Shown one piece after another: positions 1 through 7,769 of a DNA stretch of 61,811 nt (positions within the stretch are counted from its first letter, which is position 1; every line of letters begins with the position of its first letter). Below the pieces are notes generated by a model. That model saw only the letters and a list, made by a program, of their open reading frames with translations, did not search any database and was not told where the DNA came from. Origin of the DNA: Lysobacteraceae bacterium (GTDB lineage Bacteria; Pseudomonadota; Gammaproteobacteria; Xanthomonadales; Xanthomonadaceae). The stretch is taken from positions 1 through 61,811 of the forward strand of contig DASTUL010000031.1 of the NCBI GenBank assembly GCA_035759645.1, written 5' to 3'. A program made the translations under genes and the position numbers.

Positions 1-3
1 CCC

Positions 4-531
4 ATGAACGTACGCGCTCCCCGCATCGAGTTCGCCGTCGGCGCCTTCCTCCTGTTGGCGCTCGCCTCGCTGCTGGTGCTGTCCATCGCGTCCACCAACG
101 GCGGCTTCGCCTTCAAGCCCGACAGCTACGACCTGAAGGCGCGGTTCAGCGGCATCGGCCAGTTGCGCGCCCAGGCGCCCGTGAAGATCGGCGGCGTCAC
201 CGTGGGCCGCGTCTCCGAGATCGGCCTGGACCCCGTCCGCTTCGACTCGGTGGTCACCCTGGCCATCGACGAGCAGTACAAGGACCTCCCGGCGGACACC
301 TCGGCGGCCATCCTCACCAGCGGCCTGCTGGGCGAGAGCTACGTCGAGTTGCAGCCGGGCGGCGACCCGATGACCCTGGCCCCGGGGGACGAGATCATCC
401 TCACCCAGTCGGCCGTGGACCTGATGCAGCTGGTCGGCAAGTACATGTTCAGCGGCGGTGGGGACAATGCACAGGCTGAGGAAGCACCGGCGGATCCCTA
501 CGCCGAGCCTGCCTCGCCCCCCACGGAATGA
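4..531 (+). CDS. mlaD: MlaD-family (MCE domain) lipid asymmetry maintenance protein
   Basis: N-terminal TM anchor (FAVGAFLLLALASLLVL) followed by an MCE-like core (VKIGGVTVGRVSEIGLD, LLGESYVELQPG). It is followed by mlaC and mlaB-like genes with 4-nt overlaps. Confidence 0.85.
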   Translation: MNVRAPRIEFAVGAFLLLALASLLVLSIASTNGGFAFKPDSYDLKARFSGIGQLRAQAPVKIGGVTVGRVSEIGLDPVRFDSVVTLAIDEQYKDLPADTSAAILTSGLLGESYVELQPGGDPMTLAPGDEIILTQSAVDLMQLVGKYMFSGGGDNAQAEEAPADPYAEPASPPTE

Positions 532-1196
532 ATGCCATGACTATCAGCATGAAACGCTCCACCCTGTCCCTGCTGCTCGGCGCCGCCCTGCTCGCGCCGG
601 TCGTGATGCTGGTTCCGGCCGCGCCGGCCCTGGCCGCCACCACCCAGGGCGCGCCCAGCCAGCTGGTGCTCGACAACAGCACCCGCGTGCTGCGCACCCT
701 CGAGGCGCGCCGCGCCGAGTTCGCCGCCGATCGCAATGCGCTCGACAAGTTCATCTCCGGCGAGTTCAACAAGATGTTCGACCGCGACTACGCGGCGCGC
801 CTGGTGCTCGGCCGCCACGCCCGCGGCGCCGATCCGGCGGACATCAAGCTGTTCGCGGACGCGCTGGCCGACAGCCTGACCTCGCGCTACGGCGCCTCGC
901 TGGTCAGCTTCGACAGCGGCCTGAAGGTCAAGGTGAACTCCGAGACGTCGCTGCGCGGCGGCGCCATCGTCAAGGTGTCCAGCGAGTTCATCCGCAAGAA
1001 CGGCAACACCGTCCCGGTCGACTACCTGATGCACAAGGACGGCGGCAAGTGGAAGGTGTTCGACGTGATGGTCGAGGGCGTGTCGTTCGTGCAGACGTTC
1101 CGCGGCCAGTTCGACCAGCCGCTGTCGCGCAAGGGCATCGCCGCGGTCGCGGCCGACCTGCGCGACGGCAAGATGAGCGCAGACGCCGGGCGATGA
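528..1196 (+). CDS. mlaC: MlaC/Ttg2D-family periplasmic phospholipid-binding protein
   Basis: Signal peptide, size and position after mlaD fit MlaC. Toluene-tolerance-like core (FDRDYAARLVLGRH, KWKVFDVMVEGVS). The start could be a few codons downstream (537 or 549). Confidence 0.8.
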   Translation: MNAMTISMKRSTLSLLLGAALLAPVVMLVPAAPALAATTQGAPSQLVLDNSTRVLRTLEARRAEFAADRNALDKFISGEFNKMFDRDYAARLVLGRHARGADPADIKLFADALADSLTSRYGASLVSFDSGLKVKVNSETSLRGGAIVKVSSEFIRKNGNTVPVDYLMHKDGGKWKVFDVMVEGVSFVQTFRGQFDQPLSRKGIAAVAADLRDGKMSADAGR

Positions 1197-1501
1197 GCCA
1201 CGGCGCGGCGGACGTTGGCGGACAGGCGGCGCGCGTGCGCCGCGATGGCGCGACGCTCGCCTTCGAAGGCCCGCTGGAGCGCGCGGCGGTGCCCGCGTTG
1301 TGGGCCGCCGCGTTGCCATTGCTAGATGGTGCCCAGGCGATCGATCTGGGCGCGGTCTCGCACGTGGACAGCGCCGGCCTCGCGCTGCTGGCCGAACTGC
1401 AGGCGCGCGCAGGCGGCCGCCTGGCCCTGAATGGCGAACCCAATGGCCTGCCGGGACTGCGCGCTGCGTATCGATTGGGTGACACGCTGCAAACGGCCTG
1501 A
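1193..1501 (+). CDS. mlaB: STAS-domain protein, MlaB-like
   Basis: 102 aa with an ATGA overlap onto the mlaC stop. STAS-like segment (IDLGAVSHVDSAGLALLAELQ). Located in the tail of track ORF 458..1501. Confidence 0.6.
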   Translation: MSHGAADVGGQAARVRRDGATLAFEGPLERAAVPALWAAALPLLDGAQAIDLGAVSHVDSAGLALLAELQARAGGRLALNGEPNGLPGLRAAYRLGDTLQTA

Positions 1502-1522
1502 CGCCGCCTGTAAAATTCCACG

Positions 1523-2614
1523 ATGCGCCTGACTTCCCCCGTCCTCGCACGCCCGTCCATCGCGTGCGTGCTGTTGCTGCTCGCCGGTTGCGCATCGCGC
1601 CCGGCCGAGGACATGCCGCCCGCCGAACCGGCGGCAATGACCGCATCCGCAACCGGCACCTACGCCGTCGACGAATCGGCCGTCATTCCCGCGACCCCCG
1701 TCATTCCCGCGACCCCCGTCATTCCCGCGACCCCCGTCATTCCCGCGCAGGCGGGAATCCAGGCGGCCGATGAAGCGATTCCCGCCTCCGCGGGAATGAC
1801 AGACGAAGCGGCACCCGCCCCCACCCAGGAAGAGCTCGACTACGCCGCCCTCTACGGCGGCGAGGTCTACAACCCCGTCGCCGATCCGACCCTGCCGTCA
1901 CCGGCGGAACTCCCCGAGTCCTACGACCCGTGGGAGCCGTTCAACCGCCGGATGCACGCGATCAACACCGTGATCGACACGCGCGTCGCGCGCCCACTGG
2001 CCAACGCCTACATGGAAGTCGTGCCCCGCCCGATCCGCCTGGGCATCGGCAACTTCTTCCGCAACCTGGGCCAGCCGGTCAGCGCGCTCAACGCGCTGCT
2101 GCAAGGCAAGCCGAAACAGGCCGGGCAAGGCCTCGCGCGCTTCCTGCTCAACACCACCGTCGGCCTGGCCGGCGTGTTCGATCCGGCGACCGAAGTCGGC
2201 CTGCCGCTGCGCAACGAGGACTTCGGCCAGACGCTCGGCGTGTGGGGCTGGGACACCTCGCGCTACGTGGAACTGCCGCTATTCGGCCCGAGGACCGTGC
2301 GCGACGTGGTCGGCCTGTTCGGCGACGCGCCGCTGTCGCCGCTGCGCCAGGTGGAAGAGGACAAGGTCCGCGTGTTCCTGCAGGGCCTGCAGCTGGTGGA
2401 CGTGCGCGTCCAGCTGCTCGCGCTGGACAGCCTGCTCGAGGGCGCGCCCGACGAGTACGCCTTGCTGCGCGATGCCTGGCTGCAGCGCCGCAACTACCAG
2501 ATCCACGGCGACAAGGCCGCGGACGAAGACGAGTCGCTGCCGGACTACCTGCGCGAAGAACAGCTCCCGACCGTCCCCGTCGACGCGATGCCCGTCCTGC
2601 CCCAAGGCGGCTAG
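1523..2614 (+). CDS. mlaA: MlaA/VacJ-family outer-membrane lipoprotein carrying a REP-derived VIPATP repeat insert
   Basis: Lipobox LLLAGC. Conserved VacJ core (DPWEPFNRRMHAINTVID, NFFRNLGQP, NTTVGLAGVFD, EDFGQTLGVWG). Confidence 0.85.
   Translation: MRLTSPVLARPSIACVLLLLAGCASRPAEDMPPAEPAAMTASATGTYAVDESAVIPATPVIPATPVIPATPVIPAQAGIQAADEAIPASAGMTDEAAPAPTQEELDYAALYGGEVYNPVADPTLPSPAELPESYDPWEPFNRRMHAINTVIDTRVARPLANAYMEVVPRPIRLGIGNFFRNLGQPVSALNALLQGKPKQAGQGLARFLLNTTVGLAGVFDPATEVGLPLRNEDFGQTLGVWGWDTSRYVELPLFGPRTVRDVVGLFGDAPLSPLRQVEEDKVRVFLQGLQLVDVRVQLLALDSLLEGAPDEYALLRDAWLQRRNYQIHGDKAADEDESLPDYLREEQLPTVPVDAMPVLPQGG
1682..1800 (+). repeat. 18-bp tandem repeat (x3) plus a REP family A inverted pair, all inside the mlaA CDS
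   Basis: The unit gtcattcccgcgaccccc occurs at 1682, 1700 and 1718. It is followed by gtcattcccgcgcaggcgggaatcc (1736-1760) and the inverted partner attcccgcctccgcgggaatgac (1778-1800). Confidence 0.9.
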
Positions 2615-2628
2615 CGCAGCCGCACTTT

Positions 2629-2680
2629 TGTGGGAGCCGCCAAGGCGGCGAAGCTCTTCGCCGGCATGCCGGCTCCTACA
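2629..2680. repeat. REP family B palindromic element (tgtgggagc...gctcctaca) between convergent mlaA and rmuC
   Basis: Sequence tgtgggagccgccaaggcggcgaagctcttcgccggcatgccggctcctaca. It overlaps the rmuC stop codon (2676-2678) and is a likely bidirectional terminator hairpin. Confidence 0.8.
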
Positions 2681-3944
2681 GATCCTCTTCCTCGGTATCG
2701 ATGCCGAGCAACCCCTGGCTCTCCGCCACAGGCAACGCCTCAACATCCCGCAACTTCCGGCTCAACACCCGGCTGCGGCGGCTCGTCTCTTCGATCTTGT
2801 TGCTCGCTTCCTGCAGCTTCTTCTGCACCGAATCGAGCACACCGCCGAACTTGCCGAATTCGGTCTTGACTGCGCCCAGCGTGCGCCACACCTCGCTGCT
2901 CCGCTCCTGGATGGCCAGCGTGCGGAAGCCCATCTGGAAACTGGTCATCAACGCCAGCAGCGTGGTCGGTCCGGCGATTGCGATCTTGCACTCGCGCTGG
3001 ATGCCGTCCACCAGCCCGGGCCGGCGCAGCACCTCGGCGTACAGGCCCTCGGTGGGCAGGAACAGGATCGCGAACTCGGTGGTGTAAGGCGCGCCGACGT
3101 ACTTGTCGCAGATGCGCTTCGCCTCGACGCGCACCTGGCGTTCAAGGGAATCCCCCGCCGATCGCGCGGCTTCGGGATCGCCACGTTCCTGCGCGTCCAG
3201 CAGGCGCTCGTAATCCTCGCGCGGGAACTTCGAGTCGATCGGCAGCCACACCGGCGCCTCGCCGGACGAACCCGGGAACCGCACCGCGAACTCGACGCGA
3301 TCATTGCTGCCCGGAATCGTCGCCACGTTCTTCGCGAACTGGTCAGGCGCCAGCACCTGCTCCAGCAGGCCCGCCAGCTGCACCTCCCCGAACACGCCGC
3401 GCGACTTCACGTTGCTCAGCACGCGCTGCAGGCCGCCGACGTCGGTCGCCAGCTTGTTCATCTCGCCCAGGCCCTGGTCCACGCGCGCCAGCATCGTCGC
3501 CACGTTCCCGAAGCTCTCGGTCAGGCGCGTCTCCAGCGTGGCGTGCAACTTCTCGTCGACGGTGGCGCGCATTTGCTCGAGCTTCTGGGCGTTGTCGGCC
3601 TGCAACGACTTGAGCTGGCGCTCGAGCGTCTCGGCGAGCAGTCGTTGCTGCTCGGCGGTTTCGGCGCGGCTACGGCGTTGCTCGTCGCCCAGTTGGGTCC
3701 GCAGATCCTCCAGGCGTTTGCCGAACCCCTCGATCCGACGCTCCTGGTGGGTGGAGAAGCTGTCGAGGTGCTGCCGGAGTTCGGACCGGCCGGCCTGTTG
3801 TTCTTCGCGAAGCGCACGCTCGATGGCCTCGCGGAACCCGGCCAGGGCAGCATCGGGACGGCGGCGGAGCAGGACGACCAGCAGGGCGGCAACGCCCACC
3901 AGCGAGAGGACGATGACGATGAGCAGCAGGGAGACGAAATCCAT
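2676..3944 (-). CDS. rmuC: DNA recombination protein RmuC
   Basis: N-terminal TM segment, a long coiled coil, and a conserved RmuC C-terminal region (VEFAVRFPG, DSKFPREDYERL, TTEFAILFLPTEGLYAE). Confidence 0.9.
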   Translation of the reverse strand: MDFVSLLLIVIVLSLVGVAALLVVLLRRRPDAALAGFREAIERALREEQQAGRSELRQHLDSFSTHQERRIEGFGKRLEDLRTQLGDEQRRSRAETAEQQRLLAETLERQLKSLQADNAQKLEQMRATVDEKLHATLETRLTESFGNVATMLARVDQGLGEMNKLATDVGGLQRVLSNVKSRGVFGEVQLAGLLEQVLAPDQFAKNVATIPGSNDRVEFAVRFPGSSGEAPVWLPIDSKFPREDYERLLDAQERGDPEAARSAGDSLERQVRVEAKRICDKYVGAPYTTEFAILFLPTEGLYAEVLRRPGLVDGIQRECKIAIAGPTTLLALMTSFQMGFRTLAIQERSSEVWRTLGAVKTEFGKFGGVLDSVQKKLQEASNKIEETSRRSRVLSRKLRDVEALPVAESQGLLGIDTEEEDL

Positions 3945-4014
3945 CGATCCAGTCTAGCGGGCGCCGTCTCATGGCCGGCGATCGAGCGGACGCGCGAGTG
4001 GATCAACCTGTTAG

Positions 4015-4052
4015 TTGACTTTTAATAAATCAATCAGTACGTTGAAAACGTA
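4015..4052 (+). promoter_or_regulatory. Candidate hipB-1 promoter with an overlapping operator palindrome
   Basis: TTGACT (4015-4020), a 17-nt spacer, then TACGTT (4038-4043). The inverted repeat TACGTTgaaAACGTA spans 4038-4052. This is the only AT-rich patch in the rmuC/hipB divergent spacer. Confidence 0.4.
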
Positions 4053-4068
4053 ATTATCACCCTATGGG

Positions 4069-4314
4069 TTGAACATGCTCACCCCCATCCGAATTCCCGA
4101 CCAACTGGGCCCGCTGCTGCGCGCTACCCGCCTCCAGCTGGGATGGACTCAAGCCGACGTCGCCCAGCGCATGGGCGTGACCGTGCAGGCCATTTCCAAA
4201 CTCGAGGCCAATGCCAGCCGCGCATCGTTCGAGCGGATCCATCGCCTGTGCCTGGTCCTGGGCCTGGAGCTGGGCCTGCAACCACGAACCGCCGTCGCCG
4301 ACGCGGAGTGGTGA
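4069..4314 (+). CDS. hipB: XRE-family HTH antitoxin, HipB-like (module 1)
   Basis: HTH segment LGWTQADVAQRMGVTVQAISKLE. TTG start at 4069 or ATG at 4075. The stop lies 1 nt before the hipA GTG. Confidence 0.7.
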   Translation: MNMLTPIRIPDQLGPLLRATRLQLGWTQADVAQRMGVTVQAISKLEANASRASFERIHRLCLVLGLELGLQPRTAVADAEW

Positions 4315-4315
4315 C

Positions 4316-5671
4316 GTGCCCACGCTCGACATCTGGATGAACGGCTCGCTCGTCGGCCATTGGACCCGGCACGCCGGGATCGATCGGCTGACGTATCGCC
4401 GCGAGTGGATGGACTCGCCGCAAGGCAGGCCCATCTCGCTGTCCCTGCCGTATGCGCGGGCCGCTGGCGGCCCTGTCTCCATCCGGTCCCCCGCAGTCGG
4501 TGCCTTCTTCGACAACCTGCTCCCGGACAACGACCGGATCCTCCAGCGGATCCGCGACCGCCATCGGCTGCGAAGCACGCACGCATTCGACCTGCTCGCC
4601 GCCGTCGGCCGCGATTGCGCGGGCGCGTTGCAACTCGTGCCCGAAGGCGCCGAGCCGGGGAACCCACAACTCATCGAAGGCCGCGAGCTGGACGACGCGG
4701 GCGTCGCCGCCGTGCTGCGCGCCGCAACCCTCGACAGACTGCCCACGCAAGCGGACCCGGATGCGTTCCGAATCTCGATCGCGGGCGCGCAGGAAAAGAC
4801 CGCGCTGCTGCGACACGAAGGGAAATGGCAGATTCCCCACGGTGCAACGCCGAGCACGCACATCCTCAAGTTGCCGCTGGGGCTGGTCGGCAACATGCGC
4901 GCCGACCTGTCGTCATCGGTGGAACTCGAATGGCTGTGCCTGGAAATCGCACGCGCGTTCGGGCTGCCGGTGGCCAAGGCGGAAATCGGCTGGTTCGAGG
5001 ACCAGAAGGCGCTCGTCGTCGAACGCTTCGACCGACGGCTCGCGAGCGACGGATCCTGGTACATCCGGATTCCCCAGGAGGACATGTGCCAGGCGCACGG
5101 CGTGCGCGCCGACAACCGGTACGAAGCCGATGGCGGTCCCGGCATCCGGGAGATCATGGCGTTGCTGCGCGGGTCGACCGAAGCAACCGCCGACCGCGTG
5201 ACCTTCTTCCGCGCACAGGTCCTCTACTGGCTGATGGCGGCGACGGACGGACACGCCAAGAACTTCAGCCTGGTCCTGATGCCCGGCGGCACGTACCGCC
5301 TGGCGCCGCTGTACGACATCCTGTCGACGTATCCCATCCAGGGGCGCGGCCCGGGGCAACTGGATCCACGCCGCGCGAGACTGGCCATGGCGGTCTGCGG
5401 AAAGAATCGGCATTACCTAGTTGCCGATATCCACCACCGTCATTGGGTCGCGATGGCGGAGCAACTCGGCTTGGAGACGGGGGCGCGCGAGTTGATCGCC
5501 GGCCTCAGCGGCGAAGTCGAAGTGGTGCTCGACCAGATCGGCAACCGCCTGCCGCCGGCGTTCCCTTCCATGGTTTACGACATGGTGCGGGACGGGATGA
5601 TGGCTGCGGCGTGGAAGCTGGATGTCGAAGCAGGTTGCGGGGCAACGCGTCGGGTTAGCGGCCCTCACTGA
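4316..5671 (+). CDS. hipA: HipA-family serine/threonine kinase toxin (module 1)
   Basis: HipA N-terminal pattern (LDIWMNGSLVGHW), GAQEKTAL, STHILK, and catalytic motif TDGHAKNFSL. GTG 4316 was chosen as the start; ATG 4337 is the alternative. Confidence 0.85.
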   Translation: MPTLDIWMNGSLVGHWTRHAGIDRLTYRREWMDSPQGRPISLSLPYARAAGGPVSIRSPAVGAFFDNLLPDNDRILQRIRDRHRLRSTHAFDLLAAVGRDCAGALQLVPEGAEPGNPQLIEGRELDDAGVAAVLRAATLDRLPTQADPDAFRISIAGAQEKTALLRHEGKWQIPHGATPSTHILKLPLGLVGNMRADLSSSVELEWLCLEIARAFGLPVAKAEIGWFEDQKALVVERFDRRLASDGSWYIRIPQEDMCQAHGVRADNRYEADGGPGIREIMALLRGSTEATADRVTFFRAQVLYWLMAATDGHAKNFSLVLMPGGTYRLAPLYDILSTYPIQGRGPGQLDPRRARLAMAVCGKNRHYLVADIHHRHWVAMAEQLGLETGARELIAGLSGEVEVVLDQIGNRLPPAFPSMVYDMVRDGMMAAAWKLDVEAGCGATRRVSGPH

Positions 5672-5768
5672 TCACCTTGAATCAGGACGATCCTGTGGGC
5701 GTGGTCCCCATCGTCGACGGCGGACTAGGCTATCGAGCAGGAAACTTACAAGGCAACCAACATGGCGC

Positions 5769-7763
5769 CTAAGCAATAACAGGCACGCCAAGAGACTTGA
5801 GATACTCGAAGGTCGGATCGTAGTACGCAGCCGAGCGTGTCGGATCGAAAGGATCACCATTCGGCACAACAATTACTAGTCCTTGGCGGGCGCGTGTCAT
5901 CAAGACCCGGTACGCATTCGTCTGATATCTCTGTCGATCTTCAGATTTGATTCGCTGCCACCGGGTACCCCTAAATTCATTGTGTGACCAGCCATCTGGT
6001 GAGAAACGAAGGTCTCCGTCCCACACGAGGCACGCCCAATCGACCTCCAGCCCTTGAACCTGGAACTCGGTCGCAACATCCTCCAAGTAGTAGCTCGAAC
6101 GAACATCGCTTTTCCCGCCAAGAAACCAATGAACTGGGTCAACAGGCACCCGGACATCGATCGCGTGTGGCTTGAGGCGATAAGCCTGGGACGAGACAAC
6201 GACTCCGTAGCGTTCCGTCCCACGCGCTTGAGTACGAACCCATTCCCTTCCGGCTTCTGGGCAGCGTGTAAGAGCAATGGGGTAATCAGCCAACAGCTGC
6301 TTCAAGAGATCCCGCGCACCGTCTGTTTCCAGGTCCAGGACCATACGGACGAAGTCACTCAGTGATTCCGCGCGAAATGACCGCATCGAAACGGCCAGAT
6401 GTAGCGTCTCATCGAGGTGCAATGACCCACGCACGCTTGCATCGTCCAGGTGTTGCTGTGCGCCGTACTGTGGCGCCCGCAATTGCGGTGAGACGTGTAT
6501 GTCCCAATGCGGAAAATGACCGGCTACGGCTTCTAGCCATTCCGCAATGCCGCCCTCTCCTGTGTTGATCTCCTGGCCACTTCCTACCAAGCAAACAATG
6601 ACTGCCCAGTCTTCGTGGCGATCCATGCACGAAATCAAAAAAGCCGGCTCAGACATCGGGAAATTTTCCCTTCCCTTTTTCCTCTTCATGAAGGATCGCG
6701 TCTGTTGCAAATTCCAAGCGCGTTGCGCTTCGTCAAACAGCGCTACGTGATCACTTGGAGCGCCTTGGTCGCTTAAGTACTCGTCGCGAAAATGGTGGAC
6801 GTTCTGAATGAATGCGCTGACCTGTCGCTTCAGTTCCTTCTTTGTCACCCGCTCGCCCTGGGACCTCCTAACTTGTAGCTCATTTCGAGCCAAAGCTTCT
6901 TGCAATACGGCAACAAGCGGACCATTTCCGGACAGATACACGCTGTAAAGTTCGCTGCTCGGATCCATGTGGCGGTGAGCTACATCCAGCCCTACCAACG
7001 TTTTTCCAGCGCCCGGAACTCCCGTAACAAAGCAGATGGCTTTTCTGCTCCGGTTCCGAGCATCGTGAATCACGGAGTCGACCGCACGGGCGGTCATGGA
7101 GAGGTTGATGGCGCCTGCGTCGCTGCGCGAAATTTGATCTACGGAGTGGCCCGCATAGAGGGCAACTGCAGCCTCGACAATTGTTGGTGTTGGTGAGTAG
7201 CGGCCGGACGCCCAGTCTTCCCCGAGTGCCGCACCTGACAAGGTGACGAGCGCCTTTCGCAATACTTCGCACGCCTGCCCTTTGCCGACGTTGATTGGTT
7301 TCAGAACGTCGTCTTCTCGCATACTCAAACCGAACTCGACCCGTACAGGCGCAGCGTTCGACGCAATCAGGAGTGGCACCAAGCAAGCTTGGTGGCTCGT
7401 TTGATGGAAGTACTTGAGGTCAAGCGCGTAGTCCCACACCTGATCACGCGCAGCGGCGGTGAACTGGGTTTCACCAACCTTGAACTCGATAACAAAAATG
7501 AGGTGCCGAATTGCTACAACGGCATCAATACGTTTACCAAGGCGCGGGACCGCAAACTCGAAGTAGATGTGTCCAGTTTCGTCAAGCTGAGCCAGTGCCT
7601 CTTGCAGGATCTCGACTTGAGCCACCCACGCACGGGTTTGCTCAATATCGACAGAAAATTTGGAATTCCGGACAAGGTGGCCGACAACGAAATCCGCCTC
7701 CCGTCCCAGGAAACTGGAGATGGTGTCTCCGTAGTACCAACGCCCCTCAAGCGGAACGGCCAT
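5769..7763 (-). CDS. DUF2075-type P-loop NTPase / SF1-like helicase with an N-terminal PD-(D/E)xK-like nuclease module
   Basis: Nuclease-like motif D80...E93-x-K95 (RIDAVVAIRHLIFVIEFKVG). Walker A VTGVPGAGKT (aa 246-255). Walker B ALFDEAQRAW. C-terminal helicase motif-VI-like YRVLMTRARQGLVIVV. The gene is clearly AT-richer than all of its neighbours. Confidence 0.75.
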   Translation of the reverse strand: MAVPLEGRWYYGDTISSFLGREADFVVGHLVRNSKFSVDIEQTRAWVAQVEILQEALAQLDETGHIYFEFAVPRLGKRIDAVVAIRHLIFVIEFKVGETQFTAAARDQVWDYALDLKYFHQTSHQACLVPLLIASNAAPVRVEFGLSMREDDVLKPINVGKGQACEVLRKALVTLSGAALGEDWASGRYSPTPTIVEAAVALYAGHSVDQISRSDAGAINLSMTARAVDSVIHDARNRSRKAICFVTGVPGAGKTLVGLDVAHRHMDPSSELYSVYLSGNGPLVAVLQEALARNELQVRRSQGERVTKKELKRQVSAFIQNVHHFRDEYLSDQGAPSDHVALFDEAQRAWNLQQTRSFMKRKKGRENFPMSEPAFLISCMDRHEDWAVIVCLVGSGQEINTGEGGIAEWLEAVAGHFPHWDIHVSPQLRAPQYGAQQHLDDASVRGSLHLDETLHLAVSMRSFRAESLSDFVRMVLDLETDGARDLLKQLLADYPIALTRCPEAGREWVRTQARGTERYGVVVSSQAYRLKPHAIDVRVPVDPVHWFLGGKSDVRSSYYLEDVATEFQVQGLEVDWACLVWDGDLRFSPDGWSHNEFRGTRWQRIKSEDRQRYQTNAYRVLMTRARQGLVIVVPNGDPFDPTRSAAYYDPTFEYLKSLGVPVIA

Positions 7764-7769
7764 CCCTAA

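Noticed and set aside
1682-1760. Possible CRISPR array (regularly spaced gtcattcccgcg repeats). The same question arises at 48638..48700.
   Set aside because: The units are directly adjacent (18 and 21 bp) with no unique spacers. They lie inside coding frames, derive from a REP arm, and no cas genes are present.
4038-4056. Similarity of the hipB-1 region gttgaaaacgtaatt to the starch-locus operator TGAAAACGTATTCA.
   Set aside because: Only the left half (TGAAAACGTA) matches. The right half-site is lost, and the local palindrome (TACGTTgaaAACGTA) has different symmetry. The match is most likely coincidental.
5672-7769. Flanking direct repeats, att sites or a tRNA that would define the low-GC segment as an integrative element.
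   Set aside because: Inspection by eye of about 100 nt on each side showed no repeat longer than about 5 nt and no tRNA-like sequence. The mechanism of acquisition therefore remains unknown and is not claimed.
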